From Tubulanus polymorphus (Eukaryota > Animalia > Nemertea), in NCBI RefSeq assembly GCF_964204645.1, contig NC_134032.1, positions 8,296,275-8,360,274 of the forward strand: DNA of 64,000 bases, read 5' to 3'. A model generated the notes under the pieces. That model was given only the letters and a program-made list of their open reading frames with translations, was not told the DNA's origin and ran no database searches. Both the position numbers and the translations under genes were made by a program. Position 1 is the first letter of the stretch. Each line of letters opens with the position of its first letter. This document shows, piece after piece, positions 1-11,646 of this stretch.

Positions 1-3000
1 CTTACGGAGACCTGAAATAAGACCTCTCACGGATAGAGCCCTTGTTGAGGTCCATTTCATCAAAATTGGGTTTGGAAGTCATTCAGGGATCAGACTGATG
101 AACTCAGGATTTTTTTCACACCCTTACAATTAGCTTTTCCCACAAGAAAATACCAGGACTTTTCAAATTTTTTTCACATTCCTTCACGAAAACACCAGCA
201 GTTTTGAGTTACTTACCGATCATAAGCTGGACAGATAAAACTAAAATTTTCTTAAATTTGAACACAGCCAGTGCATAAATTCTGAGCTCCACAGTATTAC
301 ACTTAAGCATAAAAAGATGAAAATACTAATGCAGTTATTTTCTTAAATTTTTCACATTTTGATGATTTTTTCAGTTTTTCGTACAATTCTTTAAGCAGAC
401 ATTCATTTTCACAATCAATTCATTCATTTACATCAATCTGACCCCTGGTTTGGTTTGTGGAAGCAGCAGCAGCACAGTGGTAGCACGGGTTATAAGATCT
501 CTAAGGCGCGCTTGAAAATTTAAAAAAAACTAGTTCGAAATCCTAATTTATACTCACAAGATAATCTAAAATCTGCGATTTCCACCTTTTCTATATTACG
601 TAGAGGAACAATGATTTAAGCGACTGAAAAACCCACACCCTCCCCGACCCAAACACCCTATAGGCCTACAGTGGAACCTCGTTCATACGAATCTTGAGAG
701 CAAACGTGAAATTGTCGTATTCAACGGGTTTCGTATTATCCAAATCTTGAATGATATATGTTAGCTGGGACATGCGGAACGGGTTTCGTCTTCAACAGAA
801 TATCAACGAGGTTCAACTGTACATGGTACAGAGGGTAGGGGGGAACTGGGACACCGTTAAATTTGGAGAAAAAAATTCTTCTGATTTGAATTTTTTTTTT
901 AAGGAGAACTTTTAACTACTACAGCCTATTTTAGACAAAATTTTGAAGTACTTTTTCAATATCAATTGAAACATGATATTGGTTAATTCTATTGATGAAA
1001 AATCAACTGGTTCCGCAGTTCTAATTTGAGTTGAAGAGTTATCTTAAAATGAGTTCAATTTCTATCACATGGATAAATCAAATTTTCGAACATAAACTCA
1101 GGGCTCAGTTTCATGAAGGATGAACTCCTAAACCAATTTAAGATAAACTTGAAATATTGACGAAACTCGATAATGAGATCAAACTTTTTTGTGAAACTGA
1201 ACCCTGCTGATCTTGAACTGTGAAACAAAGTGGACCCATTCGCTTTTCAAAATTAAGTCCCAACTTCAGAATCCCAGAAGCAATTCTACAGCCGCGTCAC
1301 ACAAGCATTTTTGGTCCGGGCCATATTGGTCAGCAAAAACTGTTCACACGGGGGCCAAACCAAACCAAATATGTCCAACCAAGCCCAAGCCAAACTTAAG
1401 CACGGGTCATATTATTGCCAGTGAATTGCAACTGGTTCCAGAAGTGACTCACTCCGCTTTGTTTATGCATTGTTTAGTACTGAGTGAGTGGTTTCCGTGT
1501 CTCATTAGGCACGGGTCAAATTTTACTCGGGCCTGATCCCTGCCAAATCAGCCATCAATCAATGGGGATTATAAAGCAAATGCATCATTTTCAATCACTT
1601 CGGCGATTTGGGTACAAAATGGTTAGATAGTGTTATATGTGACAGGTGCGTCGTACCTAGCTGGTGATAGATGAGGCAATGAATCGCTTGAATTATACCT
1701 ATTACTCCCCATTCCCGCACCGCTGCCACCATACATGTCCTTCTTGGCCGCTTCGTAGACCTGGGGATTGCGACCGGTTCTCATCGGTCGTCCATAGCTG
1801 TCCGTCTGTCGAGAGAATAGATACATCGACATGTCTTAAACCTTGGAAAATCGAAACGCTAAAATATTATCATTGATAGTCTCAATACACCGAAATGTTT
1901 TAGAAAATGAAGCTCATATTGTTATCCTTTCTGTGGATTTTAGGGTGCTAAAAGTCAATTAGAGTCTTAAAACATTGATAGTCTCAAAACATTGAAATAT
2001 TTTACTCGAATTAGAAAATAAAGCTTATATTGTTACCGCTTCTATGGATTTTAGAGCGTTGAGAGTCAATGAGAGTCTTAATACATAGTCTTAAAACGTT
2101 GATAATCTCAAAACATTGAAAGCCCTAAATCTTTGAGAGTTTTGTGGTTTAATACATTAAACATTGAACGTCTTGAAACATCACGAGTCTCTAAACATTA
2201 AGTCATAAAACATTGAGAGTGATAGTCTAAAAACATTACACGTCATAAAACATGAAGTCATAAAAGAATAGAGTCTTAAAGGCTGTCTATAAGGCTATAA
2301 AGTGGCTGTGAAGCAACAATTAAGCCATCAATTGAAAATTTGATGACAATATCCAAGGCCTCCAAGTTTTGCCTCTTTTTTTATGTAGCTTGCACTGGAT
2401 TTAACACTTACAGCCATCGTTCCGGTGCTTGTTGATTTTTTCATGTTTTTACTGCCATATCCACCTGGCCCGTACGCGCCACCGCCCGCGCCAAAACCTC
2501 CTGAAATGTTCAACAACCCTGATGTTATTCATGGTACTTTTAAAAACCTGGGCCCGGTTTCATAGACTGAGTATCGAAGTTATCCCTAGGGATAACTCCT
2601 AAATCTGGGTAACAACCACCATAGTAACAATGGAAACCATGGTTAAACTGACGAATTTCAAAATATTCCCAGGCATTATTTTTCTTCCACATCTATTAAA
2701 CCCAACCCAGATGTTTACAGTGATGTCAAAAAATTTAACTAAAAAGGTTAAGAAAATTAAAAATGAATGCTGCAGTAGGACTAGTGACTAGCATACTGAG
2801 AACTAGTAAAGTAAAATAAGCGCATGGGTGTCACCAGAGTTTTTTGATGGGGGTCGGATTTCCTAAGAACGCGACTCCATATGCGCACCAAGATGATCCT
2901 CCAGCAGACCCAGCTTGCAGACCCTACCCCAAAGAAATTTGAAACTTTGGTGTCGCAGAAACACATTTTCTAAGCTTTTACCATGGAATTATGACATACA

Positions 3001-6000
3001 TTGTCAGATGCATAGCAACTTGGAACTTCGATTTCAAAAAGGGTCGGTATTCGCATCTGCGCCTCCGCCCAGCTGGTGACGCCTATGGGTTCCCCTGTGT
3101 AGTTTACCTGCTGGTGAGGAAGTCTGTCCGTGTTTCTGACTAGAAGCTGATCTGACTGACCCAGCTGACCTTACTGCACTACCTACACACGCATAGAACG
3201 GCAGAAGAAATGAAATAACGAAGCAAAGCTGAGAAAATAACCACATAAAGAGCCGGTTTTATGAACCAGATTTAACTTCGATACTGTTTTATAATTCATG
3301 ACTACGTTCAAACCGGTTTATAAAACACCAAGCCTTAAGAGGTTATTAATTACTAGTATTATTGAAGCAGATAGCATCAATTGCTAAGTAATTGAATAAA
3401 TAGGAACTAAAAGAGTCTAAAAATATTTACACTGTACATGTATTGAGAACATTTACATGTTTTGATCAATATGTACGTATGCATATTACGGTACAGAACA
3501 GTTCAAGAAATCTTGGGCAATGAAATAGACCGCTCATTGAAGGGTTTGCGGCCAGGGTCTGTGTGTTGGCACGAGTTTCAGCCGGCCGCAATCATGCCCT
3601 GTCAAGTGAGGATGGTTCATTCACTGAGCATCATGCACGTACGCGTACAGAACAGTACAAGTGATAAACATGTAAATGTGAGAAATTTACATGTACAGGA
3701 ACCTGTGCATATACGGAACAACATATGCGTAAGTTACAGAATAACATGTAAAAAATAACATGTTAATGTACACTGTACAAGTTTATGTTCAGAATAATGT
3801 GTACATACTTGTACAGCACAGTACATGTTTAACTACAGTAATTTAATAAGTGAAGATTTAGTACTGACCAGTTCGTCCAGCAGGCGGAGGCCGAGAACCG
3901 TTTGGACTGGTGTCCTGTGTTTTTTTACTCGGTAACGGAGCTTTGTACTGAAAATGAAAATAGACGAAATTGCTGGTTGAAAAATTCGCTCCCTTCTCTC
4001 TATTTCTGCTCCCCTTTTGCATTGCCTCCGCTCTCTTGACCCCCTGTCGACGTGATTTACCTTTTTGCGCGCGTCGAATTTAGCCTTCTCGTTCGCGTTG
4101 ACGACCGGACGTTTGGATAATCGTTCGCTTTGTTCCTTGCAGAACGTGATGTGTCGCTCGGCAGCAGTTTCGTTAAACCGTCGATTACAATACATACACT
4201 GCACATAATCTGTGCATGAAAGAAAAATATAGAAATAAATAACCTCATAGGGAGATTAACAAGTGATGTAGTATGGGGATTTATTGAGGTGGCCTTCTTC
4301 TCTAAAATGGTTATAATCACCAAATCAACTAGATCATGGTGTATGGGGATGTATGGAGGTACCTGTATTCATATTTTCAGGAAATGCTTATCGGAATGAT
4401 TGGTTTCCAGGGGTACTAGGTTGATAAATTCTAAAAATCTCAGTCTTAGGGGGTACAATAATTTGAGGGTGTCATAGGGGATCTTTATGTGGAGCAAGGT
4501 GATTATGTCGGGAGGCAGATCTGGAAGGGCCGATAATGGTAATTGATGATGTCATATTGGGATTTATGGAGGCAGTCATCTTGTTTGGTTAGTATCTAAG
4601 GGAGTTATTTGATGATGTCATACGGGGAAATCTTTTCTAGAAGTAGTACTAATAGTAGTGAAAGTAATCAAATTTCTATTATCACGATGTTCAACTGGGC
4701 TTTCCATTTAATTGGTATTATTACCCCAGGTTATCTTACTCTAACCATGTATCAGTCATCTCTCCCTGAGGAGAAGTAACATCCGAGCAGCTACTAGACG
4801 CTCAGGAGTCTTCTATCAGGCCAGATACCCACTTACTCCTGGGTCAAGAGAGGCAATGAGGATAAGTGCCTTGCTGAAGGAGACTACGGTGGTTCGAACA
4901 CATGACCTGGATTCCCAGAGTCGAACGCTCAAACTACTAGCCCACACCGTTCTACATATCTATAGGGGTAAACTGATGATGATGTCAAAGGGGGATTTAT
5001 GGAGGTGCAGTCATCATGTTTTTAGGAAGTGTCTATAGGGCTAATTCGATTGTGGATTTATGATCGAAGAAGTGAGTAGTAATGAACTAACCTGGATTGA
5101 TGGATGGTTTAGGAGGGGGTGGAAGCGGAGCCCCGGTTTTTAAGGCGATGTCGACGCCCTTCGCCGACCTGATCGCGTTTATAAAATCTTCGTGTTTGGC
5201 CCGCCAGTTATTCTTGGAGGGCGCTTCACGCTGAAATATAAACCAGCCACCCCTCAAAAATGTGAAAGTAAAAAGAAAAAATCTACCGAAAATCCTTCAT
5301 TCCCGGATCCTTTCAAGGCTTGGTTTCACGAAAAAAGTAGTCAAATATTTATAAGAAATAAGATAACATCGGATACACGCTGAAAATACCGGGAAAGCTT
5401 GGTTATGACTGGTCATGATTGAATCCAAATATCGAGCCTCGAAAAATAAATTACACGATTCACTTTTCTACTCTCAGTGTTTAAGAATACCGGTAGTTTT
5501 CATCGATCACAGAAAAGATGATTCAATTTCAATTGAAAAATAGTCTATATTTCATCTTAAAGAGATTGAAGTGCAAAAACTGGAGTTACAACAACTAGCG
5601 ACATCAGGTGGACAGGCACTTGCAACAAGTGGAACCCTATATTGTCACAGAAGTTGATATCCTACTGCCATAATTACAGCAACATCGAAGGTTCCATTTA
5701 TTGCTCGAAATAGGAAATACTGAATGCGCGAAGTACGTGACCAAAACAGGTTGAACTTTTTTTCATGAAACCAAGGCCCTTGAAGGGTAAAAATGAGAAA
5801 AAATACTAATTCGATCGTAATACGAGGCATGCATGTTTCGGTCATCCAAGTTGGTGTGTGTCTAAAGCCTAGCGTACATCGACATTGCAATTGGAGACGA
5901 CTAGTTGCCGGGCAGTTTTCGGCGCATAAAAGTAACTGGCTAGATACCATCAGTTGCTTGAATTTTGTCGATGTGAGCGAGCTTACGACTGGTAAGCTAC

Positions 6001-9000
6001 GATCTATCTCCAGTTCGAACCAGTTGCCCATGTTCTACTTTTGAGCAACTACTCAGTTACTATCATATCCGTAGATGTCTATTCAATTATCAATTAAATT
6101 AAAATTCATTCAGATAGCACATCTCAGTTGCGGTCGATGTCCGCGCTGTGGATCTCAACGATCGCCACGCGCCACGCAGTTGCAACTGACTGGTTGTAAA
6201 TAGATTTTCGATCTGCGCGGGGTAATCGCTCAATAGCAAATAGTTGTCACCAGTTGCTTCGTCGATGTACGCTAGGCTTAAAACGGACCCGTCAAAGAAC
6301 ATATTTCACATCAGATTTAAACAAAATGACACCGGACTTAAATAAAGCCACGATGGAAAGATTTTTTCCATAAAAAGGCCAGATCCCCTGATAAAATCGT
6401 ATACATGCATCAAGTAGGGTCAGATCTAGACCAGGTCTACCCTCTCAACAATCGACGTTCCAAAAGATCAGTTTTACCTCTTTCTGAAATACATAAACCA
6501 TGTCAAAAGTACAGAATGCATTTCTTTTTAATCAAAATTTCCTTCAATTCTAATTTTTCACAATTTTTCTAAGTTCCTGCTTATATGAATTAGAATCACA
6601 GCACAAAATAGCTAAATAATTGTTAGGTCAATCAGTTGTTAGGTAAAAATCTTAGGTTTCATTTAATAAGACACCTCCAGAAAGCCAAATCCTCTTTAGA
6701 TGACGGCAGCTTTCTTCTCACACATTCTCGGGCGACTAGGAGTTTACTCATAGTTGTGGTTCTATCATCGTTGCTACTAGAGTATGCTCATAGCTGATCC
6801 TTCATGTTCACTTAGATATTTGCACTTGGGCGCATGGGAATGACGCTGTTCCTAATACGGGATATTGACAAATTCAAGTTCTTGAATTACTCGTTTGATG
6901 GCGCTAGTCAGAACCGGAAATTGGAACCTAAATCCGCCATGTTCTAGTTTATTTGCAATAAAAATCTCTCGCCTCAAGTTTTCAATCAGCGATATTTTAC
7001 GTACTATATATCGCCACGCATAATCCTTTAAATATGATATCTTACCGTTACGTTGGATATCATAAAACCTCACTGCAAAGGCTAGAAATCACTATAAATG
7101 TCCTAAAATTATCAAAAAACATTTTGCAACTGCTGACGATGCGGACTGATTGCCAGGTGTCACATGGTGGCAGCACTTGACAGCCCAATTTTGATTGTTA
7201 GTTCGAGTCCTGGTACTTTTCATATTTTTATTATGAATCTACGAGTTTAGTCCTTCTAAAATCAATTTTATTTCATAATATTATTTTATATTTATCAGTG
7301 TAGCCTGCAATAAATAAACCTTCAGAATCTTGAACTCAGCAACAAAACGATGACATCCGGCACCAGTCATTACTTCCGTTAGCTGCTTCGAGCGTCATCG
7401 CTAAATTTGTTATTTTTGGTAGTTTTTTACATTTCTAGTCATTTTTAGCGTTCGAAGTGAGGTTTTATCGAATTCAACACATTGTCAGGATATCATATTT
7501 AAAGGATTATGCGTGCCTATGTATAGTAAGTAAAATATTGCTTACTAAAAACTTGAAGCGAGATATTTTTATTGCAAATGAACTAGAACATGGCGGATTT
7601 AGGTTCCAATTTCCAGTTCTGACTAGCGCCATCAAATTCAATGTAGTTCAAGTAATTCAAGAACTTGAATTTGTCGATATCCCGTATTGGCTGGCATCGT
7701 AACAAACTCTGCTTTATCTCGTTCGTAAATATCGAGCTAAGGCTGACTATTTAACAGCTTCAGTGCCAGCTACGCGTACACCCATACTGGCAATTGGGAG
7801 CAGCTTTGTATTATTACTGTGGCAGCAAATGTGTTAAGCATGAAAATTTACCGGGTACTAACTTTCCGTGAAACCACTGCAGAAATATTCTGGTGACAAT
7901 TTGATGACGTCGTAGGGGGATTTATGAAATTGACAGCAATCATCTTTTCAAGGGGGTTTATAGGGGTAATTAGAATTATTCTGGTTGCACTTTGAGATGA
8001 TTTCATTGGGGGATTCATGAAATTGAAGGCAGTCATCTTTTCAAGGGGGGTTTATAGGGGTAATTCGATGCTGTCATACGGGGATTTATGACAGCGGCTA
8101 CATTTTCAAGATTAATTCGGCGATGTCATAGGGGGGATGAATGGAGGCAGCCATCTTTTCTGGAAGTGTCTTAATGATTAATTAGAGAGACTTAAGGAGG
8201 CAGCCATATTTTCTAGAAGTGTCTACAGAGATCACGATTTTATGATGTCATAGGGGGACACAATATTTGTAACTTACCTTGATAGGTTTCCCGGAATGGT
8301 TTACTTTACTGATTGGTATATCTGTACCCTGTGAGCGCTGTTTGCCCGAATCGAACACTTTTCGTTTTTTCGCCTGAGATTTCGCGCATATAGGTTCATG
8401 TCGGCGCTAGAGGAAAAACAATGGGAATTTTCTTTTAGATTAAAAACTAACGCTTCCACAGTTCAGCGAAATTAGTTATTTTAGACTCCGTTCAAGTCGG
8501 ATCTTTTCAGACAATATTTGTCCAACTTGGGAGGGATATCTGAGGGACTGGTATTTTGAGTAGACAAACTTATTTTGAAAAATGAAAATTTGTCTGACTT
8601 GAATGATTACTCCGCTCAAGTCGGATCGCTAGACTGCAGTGATATCTGAATTGGATGTACAGTAGAATCTGGTAAATTCGGATTGTTCGACTCAAGAGTG
8701 TTGTCCGAGCTAGAGGTTATATAAGACTCCGCTCAAGTCTTGGCCTTTTGACTTGAGAGTGACGTCTGAGTGTGATGGTACGGCAGACTCCTACGCTTAA
8801 GTTGGATCTTTTTTGAACACCATGGCAATTTTTCAGATTGGAGAATTTCATTGAATCCATAAATAGAGAGTAGGAAAATTATTCTATCATTCGAGCACTC
8901 AGAGTTGACTGTCGGCCTACTTCCAATGGGTCCCAAGTTCAGATCAAACTGACATCGAACACCTATTGTCGACCTTGGTTGATAAGTTATAGGAATAACA

Positions 9001-10448
9001 TTAAGATGTTTCTGATTGCTTTTTTTGATTTAAGCTTGCAATGAAACAATTCGTTTGGTCATCAAAATCGTGCCATGGCATACAGTACTTACTAATGCAT
9101 CAGGGAAAAATGACCGGCCACAAATTCCGCAAGGTACGGTGACTGCTGCAGATCCACCTCCTACATAGAAATACAGAAAAAAGTTTTAAAAAAATAAATG
9201 TACATACACAGGGCACCTTCTCCACTCTCAAATGAATGTGGTGTGTAAAGTAAGTTTAACATTGATTGTCTATCTAGTTAGTATAATATAGGGCCAGTGA
9301 TTGTGTGAGTGTCATTTGACATTTCACAGTGGATGTTTTACCGTATACGGCAGCGTGTTTATTTCCGCTATTTTACCGTACATCGTCGCTGATTGGCTGA
9401 TTTACGCCGCGCATGCGCACAGAGGTGCGCGACTTAGAAAATTTGAGGAAATTGTGGTGAACAGAGTTAGAGAAAATAGAGCGGATAGAGCGAGACTCGA
9501 ACCCGATCCAGTAAATTGCCAGCGCAGCATCATCCCACCGAGCTCGCTGAAAACCACCCGAATGTCTTAACTAGGCCTATCTATAGTTCCTCAACTTACC
9601 CTAATCCTATCCCTATAGTAAAACGGACCCTAATCCTAGCCTAACCCTCTGGGTCATTAGACCCTAAACCCATCGGAACCCTAAACCTAAACCTACAGGG
9701 GCTTAACTAATAAAAGTAACAATAAAATCATGTTAGGCCTATTGGGTTTAGGCACAGGGGCTTGTCACAATTTGATGGAGGATGGATGGATGATACCATC
9801 CCTGCACCGCAGTCAGTATTCCAGGGAAAATCATCCATCCTCCACTCCATCAAATTGTGCCAAGCCCCTGTGCCTAAACCCAATAAAATGATTTTATTAT
9901 TACTTTATTAGTTAATACCATAATATATAGTAATGATGTACGGTAAAATAGCGAAAGTTAACACTAACAGTTCGCCGTACGGTTAAATATCAACTTCGGG
10001 TAAAAGTGCAGATCCGCACCTCTCGTGATTGACGCAATCTACTAAATATAACAGAAGTCAGAATCCAGGCTAAAATCTTTCTAGTGAAGATTTAAAATTA
10101 ACCAATGACAATCGTACTGAATTGCTGATGACATTTTGAATCTGAAACAATGATATTTAATGTAATTGATTGAACCGTTTACGCGGAGAGGTGCGGATCT
10201 GCACTTTTACCCAATTTCGTCTTCTTCGTTGACGACATTTTTGTCATTTTTTAAGTCACCCTATAAGAAATTGAAGACAAAAGTGACCCCGCCCACACAA
10301 TGTCACAAAGTTCTTTTGATCCTGTCCAGTCTCTATTTATTCAGGCCTAAAAGACTAAGTAAACGGGTGAAAGATATCGGCATGATGATACGCGATCTGA
10401 AATGAAAACAGTATAAAAACACCAACCATCATCGTCGTAGTCCGCCAT
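1..10448 (-). CDS. ZC2HC1A: Zinc finger C2HC domain-containing protein 1A (3' end probably off-window)
   Basis: GT-AG, phase-consistent exons: 10448-10427, 9160-9093, 8406-8278, 5230-5092, 4209-4061, 3947-3869, 3182-3108, 2500-2412, 1805-1657, then an acceptor at 13/12. Translation MADYDDDG..VPCGICGRSFFPDALRRHEPIC..RKVFDSGKQR..NWRAKHEDFINAIRSAK..LPPPPKPSINPDYVQCMYCNRRFNETAAERHITFC matches the two C2HC fingers and linker of the ZC2HC1A family. The C-terminal finger is not seen in the window. Confidence 0.93.
669..819. mobile_element. Tc1/pogo-type MITE
   Basis: TA|CAGTGGAACCTCGTT...AACGAGGTTCAACTG|TA terminal inverted repeats with TA flanks. Confidence 0.75.
4715..4950 (-). mobile_element. 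tRNA-derived SINE with a conserved central domain
   Basis: Minus strand shows a B-box-like GTTCGAACC, then CAGCAAGGCACTTATCC and GACCCAGGAGTAAGTGGGTA, ending in a TAA-type tail. Confidence 0.55.
5866..6278. mobile_element. PIF/Harbinger-type MITE
   Basis: TIRs AGCCTAGCGTACATCGAC / GTCGATGTACGCTAGGCT, with TAA on both sides (5863-5865 and 6279-6281). Confidence 0.8.
6854..7688. mobile_element. MITE with about 270-bp inverted arms
   Basis: 6854-about 7120 is the reverse complement of about 7420-7688 (AATACGGGAT.../...ATCCCGTATT). This explains the mirror ORFs 6852-7073 and 7457-7702. Confidence 0.85.
9704..9914. repeat. Near-perfect palindrome centred on a small CAGGGGC-ended (hAT-like) MITE
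   Basis: CAGGGGCTTGTCACAATTTGATGGAG..CTCCATCAAATTGTGCCAAGCCCCTG (9756-9870), with inverted flanks extending about 50 bp on each side. Confidence 0.75.
9998..10212. mobile_element. MITE with GGG...CCC termini
   Basis: TIRs GGGTAAAAGTGCAGATCCGCACCTCTC / GAGAGGTGCGGATCTGCACTTTTACCC. No clear target-site duplication. Confidence 0.75.
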
Positions 10449-10460
10449 GTTGTTTAACCT

Positions 10461-10475
10461 GTTTGCAGTAGCAAC
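10461..10475. promoter_or_regulatory. RFX X-box-like site just upstream of the ZC2HC1A ATG
   Basis: GTTTGCAGTAGCAAC, 13 bp upstream of the ATG. Confidence 0.5.
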
Positions 10476-11646
10476 GACTCTGATCGAGGGTTCAAGTCCC
10501 GACACGACACAGCTTCAGACTGAGTCCCATTCCGCGTTTTATCAACAATATACACGTTTGAATCCTCTCTTCAACTCGAAGTTTTTATCTTTTTACCCAA
10601 CTTTGCTCTATCTTTCTCCTTTTATCTTATGTTGTACTACATTGTGGCTTGTCTTGCTTTTTGGTAATTAGACCGCCGGGTGGTCGGCGTTATGAGATGT
10701 TGAAAATTAAAAATTAAAAAATGTCCAAATCCGGATTTTTAGGTTAGCGCGATCGTCTTCAAACGTATTGCATCTAACACGTAGCTGGACAATTTGGTTC
10801 TTCGATAATAAATGTCATTTTTAGGTAACTTCTACTAGGCCTATCTCTATCCGTTATATTTGTTATCACCGAATTCTGTTGGTATTTAAAAGTTTTAATA
10901 GGCTGGTTAATGGCTTGTCTGTCTTTTTTCCATGATTGTTCTACGAACGTTTCAAATGACAAAAACCGATACTTCTCCGGTAGTGCTGCCACCTAGCGTC
11001 TGAGAAGTAAAGTAAAAAACCCATTGTTGGCCATTACCCACTGCTCAAATCGTGCCCGTTTGGTGATTAAATGAACATAATAAATGAAATGGGGGTGCAT
11101 GTAGCAATTAATCATGTCAAAATGACCTTTCACTTTACTGTCTAGAAATGAGAATTATGAACAATTTGATCGATCTCCACACTCCAGTAGGCAGTAGTAC
11201 AACAACGTTGTTGACGTTCGCTCCATTTACGGCAACTCTTGTTTACATTGGGTTACATTTAAGGTGAATGTCACTAACACACTGCTGTACATCACTAAAT
11301 GCGCCACCGACACCGTAGTCCTTCACGCACGCGCATAGTGAACGGCGTAACCAACCGGGGCCACCACAGCGTCAGCGGCGGAATTTACGTCCCTCTGTAA
11401 CTGGAGCCAGTTCGTAATTTGAAAAGGGCAGATTCGTAGGATTCTGGTGGCACTTCAAAATGGGGCTTTTTCTGTCCCATATCAGTGCCTGTGCGGGTTC
11501 ATTTTGCGTCTTTAAAATTGTCTTAAAACGACATACTTTTGAATTCGGGAGGCACATTCAAATTTTGAAAATCGGCCCTTGCTGAAAACAAGGATATCTA
11601 GTTGAGGTTGTGAAAATAATTTGTATTTTTCTACAGTTTGTGAAAG

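Noticed and set aside
6852-7702. Two similar ORFs on opposite strands
   Set aside because: They are the inverted arms of one MITE.
9600-9695. Interstitial telomere
   Set aside because: Only a few degenerate CCCTAA-like words, inside a nested repeat element.
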